From the NCBI GenBank assembly GCA_964016885.1, contig OZ024755.1, positions 14,446,001 to 14,510,000 on the forward strand: DNA of 64,000 nucleotides, given 5' to 3'. The notes beneath the pieces were generated by a model. It was not told the DNA's origin. It did no database searches and worked only from the letters and a program-made list of their open reading frames with translations. Shown one piece after another: positions 38,170 to 47,930 of this stretch (position 1 is the first letter of the stretch; each line of letters starts with the position of its first letter). The DNA comes from Eledone cirrhosa. Its lineage: Eukaryota. The translations under genes were made by a program, and so were the position numbers.

Positions 38170-38440
38170 AATTTAAATCACATGGATACGCATGCGTGCG
38201 TGTGCATTTTAGAGTGCGCGCCAGCGAGCATGTGTAACACGCATACGTGCTGCATGCCGTTTCCATTGAAGAATGAAACGAGTGAACGAAGAATGAAAGG
38301 ATGAAGGAAGGAAAGAAAGAAAGAAGGGGAAAAAGGAGTAACGTGATGCAGTTGCTTTAAAACACGGTAAGGAACACGACGAAACTAAACGAATCACGTG
38401 ATCATTCATTGTTCGATTAAAAGCAGCCGACACCAGCAGA
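38170..38440. promoter_or_regulatory. CpG-enriched promoter-like patch
   Basis: Locally high CpG density (ACGCATGCGTGCG, GTGCGCGCCAGCG, CATACGTG, ATCACGTGAT E-box palindrome) in otherwise CpG-poor DNA, directly upstream of a candidate start exon. Confidence 0.4.
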
Positions 38441-38697
38441 CCAATACAACAACAATAACTACTACTACTACTACAACAACTCGACCGTATTTAGTTGTTT
38501 GACTTCTCTTAAAAGATGTTCACCTTCATCACACATTATCGGTTTTCATTTCAAGAAACAAAGAGTTAAGTCCAGAAAACTTTGCATCAATTTTTGTCAG
38601 TGAAGAATGAAAAATTTAGATTTAGAAGGAATCTCCACTGTCGGATTTCATTTATTTCTTTGTATCAGTGAATTCTGTGACGCAATTTTAGTTTTAC

Positions 38698-38795
38698 ATG
38701 TCTGTAGATGAAGCCAGCTATTGCTATGTGGTTGATGAGAAAGAGTTCGCTTCACCGCAACGTGATGTCAAGTTCAGACACACTGCAGTAGAACC
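38698..38795 (+). CDS. Probable first (or alternative first) coding exon of a host gene: MSVDEASYCYVVDEKEFASPQRDVKFRHTAVE(P); product not established
   Basis: ATG at 38698 opens a protein-like, non-repetitive 32-codon frame that ends at a donor CC|GTAAGC (phase 2); the in-frame TAA lies just inside the intron. It follows a promoter-like patch. No downstream exon was identified in the window. Confidence 0.55.
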
Positions 38796-39314
38796 GTAAG
38801 CAAGTATTGTCTAATATAGCCTCGTTTTGAGGGTATACACCCATATTAGTGAGATTTGGTTGGCGTAAACTGTGCAGAAGCCCAGAGAACACATAATCAT
38901 TCTCTTCCTCATCTTCATCATCATTACCACCACGCATAATTATATCCGGTTAAAAAGGGTACCGGATCATCATCTTTCTTCAAAACTGGTCTTGTACATG
39001 TATGTATGTATGTATGTATGTATGTATGTATGTATGTGTTTGATTCTGTTCACTGTTTCTTTATATCCTACGGCTAGCAATTCGTCAAGAAGAGATCAAT
39101 AAATAAGTAGTTGGGTGGGGTCGGTATGACTAAATCTACTAAATCTCAACGAGGCCACAATCCAGAGACTGAAAGGAATAATAGCATAAAAGAATAAAAG
39201 ACAACTTAAAAAATCTTTATTCTCTGTATTATATATATACGTATATATAAATATGCATATATAAACACACACACACACACATACACACATACACACATAC
39301 ACACATACACACAT

Positions 39315-39358
<44 letters not shown>

Positions 39359-40221
39359 GTGGAAGGGGAAATAAAACATTCCGCTTTTAAGCTGACATTG
39401 GAACAAGATGTCTGCTATTTCTTCCGAAACACAGAACATGAAATAATGTTTCTAGTTGAGTTTGAAATATTATAATTGTGAGTGAAGAGATTAGCATGCA
39501 ACACACATACATACAAGAGTGGTAGCAAGCAGTACCAGGATAATTTACATATAGGCATATTGAAGTGAAGGGAGAGAACTGATGGCCAAATATATCATAC
39601 GGTAATGAGAGGACATATCACGCAACCATGAGATGAATACGCAACCATAACTATAAATTGGACACATTACTCAACTGATAAGAATCACTATGCAAATATT
39701 TGAGAAGTAAATCATACAATTATATATGTTATATATGGAATATATCAGATGCGAGACATTCACCGAGAGGATCACAGCAGATAACTGTCAGAGGAACGTA
39801 CAACAACAACAATAACAGCCAGATTTAGAAATATTTGTGCAAAGATAAATGGAACGGATCTCCGCCGATTGAAGCATGCTCCAGTTGTTCGATCAACGGA
39901 ACTGTCTGTTCCTAATGGAATTAACGTGAAAGTGGCTGAGCATCAATGCTATCAATTTGAACAGCTACAATACATGCCCATCTGATGCTCTACCGACTTT
40001 GCCAATTCATTCTCTTATCTATAAAGCATATTTTACTTCGAAACCACTTATTACCGACATACGTATATTACAGTCTGAAACATAACCTATTATTACTTAT
40101 GTGAAATCACAAATGAGGGTGGTTATAATATAAAGAACTTTAAAAAATATAATATACATTATTATGGCTAAGTGACGAGTCTTGAATTACTCTGGAATTT
40201 CAGTTACTTGTGTATTCACTC

Positions 40222-40273
40222 TCTTGTCTGATGATCCTGTAAATATACAGGTGAAACTCCAGAGTAACATGAC
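40222..40273 (+). ncRNA. Minimal type I hammerhead ribozyme (Penelope pLTR type)
   Basis: TGT | CTGATGA (40228-34) | T CCTGTA-AATA-TACAGG T | GAAA (40253-56) | ACTC-CA-GAGT | A | ACA: intact core, 6-bp stem II, 4-bp stem III, GUA triplet, stem I TGT/ACA. AATAAA follows at 40289. Confidence 0.7.
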
Positions 40274-40300
40274 TCATCACTTAGCTACAATAAATAGTCT

Positions 40301-40306
<6 letters not shown>

Positions 40307-40384
<78 letters not shown>
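40307..40384. repeat. (CT)n microsatellite
   Basis: Direct reading. Confidence 0.98.
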
Positions 40385-40386
<2 letters not shown>

Positions 40387-40477
40387 TACTATATAATGCT
40401 CAGTGTTTATACTTTGAGCTTGTTAATTGCAGGGTATCTATGAGTTAATAACTCTGTATTTTATTTGTATATATATA

Positions 40478-41288
40478 TCTGTATATATATACAATTAAGT
40501 ATGTGTGTGTGTCTGTGTATTACCTATAGGAGCCTACATCTTACGACCGATTTTCATGAAACTTTACAGGCTTATAGATTAGTTATCGGGGAGTGTTTTC
40601 TATATATCAGCGTATCGTTCTTTTTTATTCCGGAGTCATTCTGTAGATAAAAATTGATAGGGATCACCTTTATTTAGGTATCGAAATATAAGATTTCTGG
40701 CTCTAGTTCCCACATTTTGCCACCGATTTCGTTCAAATTTTAAAGCAAAATAGAATTTATCATTGCACATCCTGTAATGGCTTTATATTTTGCATTTGTT
40801 GTTCAGCGACGGCATGGAAGCCGCTTAAATATTAAAAAATACCACTTTTAGACTCAAATTTCCACTTTTTCGGTTCTAGCTCCCACATTAATCAACCTAC
40901 TTTGTTCAAATTTTAGACTACGCTAGATCTGATTATTTCACGTCTCAAAGTGGCTTTACATTTTGGATTTCTTTGTTCAGGAACGGCGTGGCAGCCGCTT
41001 AAATATTCGAAAATAACACCTTTTCGCTCAAATTTCCGCCTTTTCGGCTCCGGCTCGCACATTTTTCAACCGATTTCGTTCAAATTCGAAAGCCCCCCCC
41101 CCCCCCCCCAGCATACCCCTTCGTTAGTCACCCGCGTTTCTCAGTGATAGAGCTCATTACCACCCTCCCCCGCATGGCCTGTGTGTGGCCATAGATGAGT
41201 CATCGAGAAGCAGTTGCTAAGATCAACACCTTTTCATCAAAGCAGGTATTATTTTACCTACCCAGGCAACAGTGGGTACTGCTGCTAG
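40478..41288 (+). mobile_element. Non-autonomous Helitron with internal ~174-bp tandem repeats
   Basis: 5' A|TCTGTATATATATA...TGTGTGTGTCTG...GACCGATTTTCATGAAACTT. 3' TACCCA-GGCAACAG-TGGGTA hairpin, then CTGCTG, CTAG (41285-41288)|T. Internal repeat units start near 40697, 40871 and 41045. Confidence 0.8.
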
Positions 41289-41371
41289 TATATATATATA
41301 TATATATATATATAAATATATATACTGCTGCTAGTATATATATATACATATATAAATATATATATAAATAA

Positions 41372-41404
<33 letters not shown>

Positions 41405-41693
41405 CATAGATATATATATATATACATAGATATATATATACATAGATATATATATATATACATAGATATATATATATATACATAGATATATATATATATA
41501 CATAGATATATAATACATAGATATATATATATATACATAGATATATATATATATATATACATAGATATATATATATATATACATAGATATATATATATAT
41601 ATATACATAGATATATATATATATATATACATAGATATATACATATATATATATACATACACACACAAACACACACACAGATGTATATATATA
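41289..41693. repeat. (TA)n / CATAGATATATA minisatellite
   Basis: Direct reading. Confidence 0.95.
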
Positions 41694-42062
41694 TATATAA
41701 AAGACGTAAAATAAAAAAATTATAGTAATTAACTTACTTAAATTTTAATTTAAGTAAGTAAGTTAATTACTATAATTTTCTTATTTTACGTCTTTTATAT
41801 AATTGTTCTACATCTCTTTGTATTGAACCACAAAGTTACTAAGACAAAACCTATATCTTTGCTAGCGTAAGTATATATCTGTATAAATATGTTGGTAGAT
41901 ATACTAATTCTATATATATATATAATTAGTATAAATACCAACATATTTATACAGATATATACTTACGCTAGCAAAGATATAGGTTTTGTCTTAGTAACTT
42001 TGTGGTTCAATACAAAGAGATGTAGAACAATTATATAAAAGACGTAAAATAACAAAATTATA
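41694..42062. repeat. Overlapping double inverted repeat (inverted triplication)
   Basis: 41694-41740 pairs with 41755-41801 (one mismatch). 41771-41897 pairs with 41936-42062 (one mismatch), with further inner pairing around a TA centre. Confidence 0.95.
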
Positions 42063-42731
42063 TATATTATATATATATATATATATATATGAGTGTGTGT
42101 GTATAGCCATAATAAAGAATATTTTAACTCTACTTTGGTATTGAGTAATCATGCTTTCGTCCGTCAGGGATAATTTCAAAATACTATATATTTCGTATCA
42201 ATTGACAAAAATAAAATCAAGATAAACTGATAGCCTTTGGAATGGTCTTCAAATCTGTTCAGTCTCTTGTAAATGTCCATCCTTTGATGTTCTTGATGAA
42301 TTCTAGTGAATTGAGTTGACAGACAAAGATATCGAAGTGCGTGGGAGAAATCTATTCATCTGTCTTTCATATATTACTTATAAATAGACTGCTCATATTT
42401 CTCTTGTAAACTTTATATATATTACACAAGTTTAAACTTTATATATTTCCGAAATAAATGAAATATTGAAAGGTTTTTTAATTTACTGGAACCAAAGAGA
42501 AATAATTCAATGAGAACTTAAAATATAGAACATTTAAGTGATTTTTTTTCATTAAATAGTATACATATATATATAGTATACATTTATTGATCTCTGGTAT
42601 AAAGACAAAAATAGCTCTAAATATATACATTATATAGAATGAAACAAAAATAACATTAAATAAGAAGATATGAATTTTAAACAATGCGTTTCTATGTGTA
42701 TATATACATACACACACACACACACACACCC

Positions 42732-42781
<50 letters not shown>

Positions 42782-42859
42782 TGTTGGTTAAACCAGTAAA
42801 ACAATAAAAGAATATATATAGATATACACATACATACACACGCACATACAGAGACTCGT

Positions 42860-42895
<36 letters not shown>

Positions 42896-43124
42896 TTATC
42901 TATGCATAAAGTGGGGTAAGGTATTCCTAGTCAACCAGACAGTCAATTTCCAATATAAAAATAAACAGATGAATTCTACGTCAACATTTCATATAACCTT
43001 CGCGGTAAATGAACTTCAATATCAGTCTCTTTCGCTGTAATAAACAGACCACCATTTTAAAGTTGAAGGTGTATCAATCAATTAAATCTACTCATGTACA
43101 TTAACAATAATTTTTATCAATTGT

Positions 43125-43370
43125 GAAGCCGTGTGGCTTAGTGGTTAGGTTATTTGACATGCGAATTTGAGGCCCGGAGGCACATTGTGGTTTTGAGAAA
43201 GACATTTTTTTGACGTTGCTTTTTAGTTCTCAAAAATGAGTTGTACCTGTAATTCATAGTCACATTGAATCTTATGAAAACTACGTTAAGTGTACACGTG
43301 TCTGTGGAATGTACAGCCACTTAGCACAGTGATGCTTTCAATATATGTTTTAAAGAAAGGATGTTCCTTG
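43125..43370 (+). mobile_element. CORE-like SINE with long tail
   Basis: GCCGTGTGGCTTAGTGGTTAGG...GACATT...ACGTTGCT...AAAATGAGTTGTACCTGTAATTCA...CTACGTTAAG.GTACACGTGTCTGTGGA. Tail homologs lie at ~19370-19530, 27370-27545, 52365-52520 and 53490-53670. Confidence 0.7.
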
Positions 43371-43462
<92 letters not shown>

Positions 43463-43519
43463 TATATATATGTTAAATGTCTAAGTGTGTCCAAAGACCA
43501 GATGGTCAGCAGACTGGAG

Positions 43520-43700
43520 TTTAACCGACTTTCATTGGCAACTGAGGGTGCAAATCTCTCCCCTCGACAGGCGATCATCGCAGGGTTAACTCTCAGCTGT
43601 TGGGGTGTATCCCTTTTCAGCTGCTTAGACAGGAGAAAGGGTAAATGAAATGTTTGCTCAAGGACACAATGTACTGCCAGGTCCAGGAATGGAATTGATA
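43520..43700 (-). mobile_element. CORE-like SINE copy
   Basis: CATCGCAGGGTTAAC...GCTCAAGGACACAAT...GGTCCAGGAATGGAA. Confidence 0.6.
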
Positions 43701-44121
43701 ATCTATAGGTTATGATGTTTACTGACCATTGGAAGAGAATAAAGATGCGAACATTTTAATACATAATTATATAGATGTTTAGCATATATGTACAAGTAGC
43801 ATACAGAATTAAATGTATGAATAACCTTAGGGAAAGAGGGATAAATGTAGAGTTTGAACCGAGGACCTTGTGATTAAGAAGGAAATGACTTAAATTAACT
43901 GAGATAGGAAACCCATTGTGTATGTATGTATGTGTATCTTTGTGTGTGTAAATATTAAAGTGTTTTACGTATGCACACACACACACGATGGCTGAACATT
44001 GATATAAGTATTATGTTTTATATAATATAAGTGAGATTAAACTCCATACGAATCAATACATTTCCCTTGCATACAATTTACCATCAAAAAAGCATTCGTA
44101 CCGCTATTAATATAGTCATAG

Positions 44122-44240
44122 ATATGGCGGTGTGGTGAAGAAGTTCACTTCGTAACCATGATGTTCAAGATTCAGTTTCGTTGCGCGGCAACATGGGAAG
44201 GTGGCGTCTGCTATATTTTGACCAATGATTTGTGCAGAAG
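44122..44240 (+). mobile_element. tRNA-derived SINE (third family)
   Basis: ATGGCGGTGTGGTGAAGAAGTTCACTTCGTAACCATGATGTTCAAGATTCAGTT...GCGCGGCAACATGGGAAG...CTGCTATA...GACCAA. Confidence 0.6.
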
Positions 44241-44243
44241 CTC

Positions 44244-44323
<80 letters not shown>

Positions 44324-44469
44324 TCATTGGCCCGTCCGGCTGGTACCCGGCAAGGTATACCGGCATTTTATCTTTTCAGGACCCCCCCCTCCACCTCAGT
44401 GCAAATATAGCGCACTCCCTCTCAAGTCAGCGAGGGTAGAGGTGGGTAGGAGTTAACGTGCTCTGATGT

Positions 44470-45151
44470 TGGGTTTGAATAGTTAAAAATCGGACTCAGT
44501 TTTGCAAGGACCTGTATGGCACACTGATGATGTAATGCAATGTGGATGCAATCTGGCTTGTTCTGTCTGTGTTGCTCTCCTGCCTTCTGCGCGGGATCTC
44601 AGTTGCTGAAGGCGAGACTGGCGCTGCTCTTAAGACTGGGCTGATCGAATGACTCCGCTTGAGTCCTCATCTGCTGAAGGCGACGTTCATGATCATCTTC
44701 AGACTCTCTTATAACATTTTTTCTGGTAACATTTTTTCTTCTGGAAAATCTGATGTTGCAGCCAGGCTGGGACTTTTTGGGTGGCATATCGGCAGTAACA
44801 ATGACGATAAGCCGTCTGTGCTTTCGTGAAATAAATAGGTTTGTTTATATTTTGTTTTTGTGTATGCAAAAATATCTGTACACGAATATATATATTGAAA
44901 TAACAGATTAATGTTTAAGCAAAGAATCGCTGCTTTCGCCCTTAACGGAATCTTCTGAAACTAAAAAAATCAATCTGTGAACGCAGAAGTAAATATTTCG
45001 GAAAACGTTATCTAATGCAGACAGCCAGACACACCGAGACATATCATAATGGCGTGACGTCATAGCTATGTATCTATCTAAAATTTGGTGCTGTTTGGTC
45101 CAGCCGTTTGGCGGAAGGTTTGTTACATACATACGGCCGTCAGTTTTATAT

Positions 45152-45155
<4 letters not shown>
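44470..45155 (-). mobile_element. Helitron 5' fragment with start of the RepHel ORF
   Basis: The - strand begins in (TA)n with AAAACTGACGGCCGTATGTATGTAAC...AAACGGCTGGACC. It shares ~330 bp with 19688-20126, then reads MPPKKSQPG...RESEDDHERRLQQMR and, frameshifted, EQRQSRLQQLRSRAEGRRATQTEQAR (repeated ExRxxRL motifs of Helitron N-termini). Confidence 0.75.
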
Positions 45156-45182
<27 letters not shown>

Positions 45183-45570
45183 GTGTATGTGTTTGTTTCC
45201 CACGGATGTTGATGCCCGTATAGAGACTTATATTTCCTGTTATGTTTTGTAGTGAAAATACGCAGAAAGCTGTTTTGAAACTTTTTAATCTCCACTGTAT
45301 TCTAAATCACGCGTGCTTATATATATATATATATATATCCGCTGATGATTATATCCTGTAAATTAGCGTTTTCGACAAAATAATTGTCAATAAAATATGA
45401 ACCAGACTGGGAAAAATAACAAGCACACGCACACGCGCACACACAGACAAACACACACACACACACATACACCGACACACACATATATATATTTATACAC
45501 ACACATGTATAAATACTACATACATACATATAATATATATATATATATTCATATATGTGTGTATGTGTAA

Positions 45571-45625
<55 letters not shown>

Positions 45626-46589
45626 ATATATAAATATACATACAATCACATACACCTACACATCTCATATTCGTGAACACATATATAGAGAATGAGAGAG
45701 AGAGAGAGAAAGAAAGTATTTATATATAGAATTGCAGGAAAACTGTCTTGTCGGGTGAATAACAGATCTTGTCTTGTTCCTTTTGTTTTGGCAACAGGAA
45801 AACCAATAGCAAAACAAAGCGGACAACTATAACAACAACAACAATCACAACAAGTAATACTCAACAACAAAAACTAAAACCATACCCACAACAACAACCA
45901 CATGAACCACCACAACCATAACATCAACAACCAACACAATTACAACTCAACAACAAAAACTACAAATACAACAGCAATATCAACTGAAATAAGAACAAGA
46001 AGATCAGGTACAAGAACCACCACAACAAGAACAATATCAACTATACAAATAACCGCAGCAATAACAACAACAAAAACCACAAGAACAACACGAATAACAG
46101 TAACTGTAAAAAGAATAACAACAACAACTACATGAACAACAACAGTGACAAGAAGTAAAAAAAAAAGTAAATGGCATTTTGAGACGGAAGATAATGACTG
46201 GCAGTGAAAAGCGCCTCAAGAATCAGTCTTATAGAAGCTGTCAGGATATAACATAGCCTATAGGGCTTCCTATTGTTTCTCAGCCGACATATTAATAACA
46301 TCTTACAGTTTAAAATATAAATTCTTCTTTGTTTATTAGCATACATAGATACTCATATACGTATATACACATATATATATATATATATATGCATATGTAT
46401 GTATGTATATATGTATATATATATACATACATACACGAGCCCGCGTATAATTGTATACACGCAGACATGATCATCTTGTACCACGTATCTTCTCCCGACC
46501 CGTATATATGATTATATATATATATATATACACACACATACATGCATACATACATACATACATACATACATACATACATACATACATAC

Positions 46590-46803
46590 ATGGTGGCTGC
46601 CAACTCGTTTTCGAGTACGGCCACTACTTTATATCCATGTAGGAGAACCCCTACCGATGCGCTGAACGAGTGTGACTTTTTAGTCCAACCAGCGACTTGA
46701 AAACTCTGGTGCAAACACTACACTTGTGACAATTATTGACACATAGTGCTGGTACCATGTGACAAGTGCAGAGAGATCTCCAGATATAAAGCAATGCCTG
46801 TGC
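46590..46803 (-). mobile_element. 5'-truncated copy of the RTE-derived element (C2H2 end plus 3' UTR)
   Basis: Near-identical to 36083-36307; encodes [26 protein letters not shown]; flanked by (CATA)n. Confidence 0.8.
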
Positions 46804-46980
46804 AATGTATGTATATACATACATACATACATACATATGAGAGAGAGAGTGGGAGAGATTTATAATAACAACATTGCCCATATATACGCATAATATATGC
46901 AAGTACTTAAAATAGATAATTGCAAATACGTGGACGGGCAAACTGAGACAGCTCAAATAAACAAATGCAAATAGAGATAT

Positions 46981-47120
<140 letters not shown>

Positions 47121-47714
47121 ATATATACATAAACACAAACAATTATGTATATATAACATGAGATGGTGGGAAATGCAAGAGCTGTTTAGAGATGCGGTTG
47201 TGATATAGGTGTTGTAATGATGGTGGTGGTGGAGACTGGCATACACATAAAGTGGTAACCCTCCCATATTCATCAAATAACAATAGAAATATGTAACATG
47301 GTGGTCGATTCTTTGTTGGTGTGGTTTTACTTCAATTGATTTCTTTACAAACTGAAGAGGGTCTCAGCATAAAGGGCGGGTGTTTCCTATTCTATCTCCA
47401 CCACAAACTTTGTCTCCGTGCTCTGCTTCGTCTAGTTTTGAATGAGTAACAAGAGGGGATGTAACATAATGCAACGTTGGGACTAATGAATAATTGTTTA
47501 GTTTGCAGAGCTATGCTACAACCCTTCTCATGTCATGTGCCTCGACTGGACAAGGCCATTGGCAACCACAAGAGTGTAACCGTTTGGGTGCAAGCATGAC
47601 TTGGGTATATGTTTTAAGCCACTTGGTAACAAACTGCTCGAAACTGCCTCTGCTTCTACAATACATAGCGGTTTGTTTAAAATGTTTAAATCTAAGTATC
47701 TCTTATCATTATTT

Positions 47715-47930
47715 AATTGAAGGTGTAGTTGATTGCCAAAATCGGTAAAGTGCCGGCCGAGATACTTTGTGGTAATTAGCCACGGCATTCTAACGTTCTG
47801 AGTTCAAATCCCGCCGATGTCAGCTTTGCTTTTCGGGGTCGATAATATAAAATACCAGTAACGCACTGAGATCAATTTAATCAACTTTCCCCTTTGCCCC
47901 AAATTGTTGTCTTTGTGCTTAAACCATTAT
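47715..47930 (+). mobile_element. Major SINE copy
   Basis: TTGCCAAAATCGGTAAAGTGCCGG...CGTTCTGAGTTCAAATCCCGCCGATGTCAGCTTTGC...GGGGTCGATAA...ACCAGTAACGCACTG. Confidence 0.85.

Noticed and set aside
46651-46760. Host C2H2 zinc-finger gene (a family expanded in octopus)
   Set aside because: Single finger with no TGEKP linker, duplicated at ~36143-36228 inside a repeat with a retroelement 3' end; it is an RTE ORF terminus.
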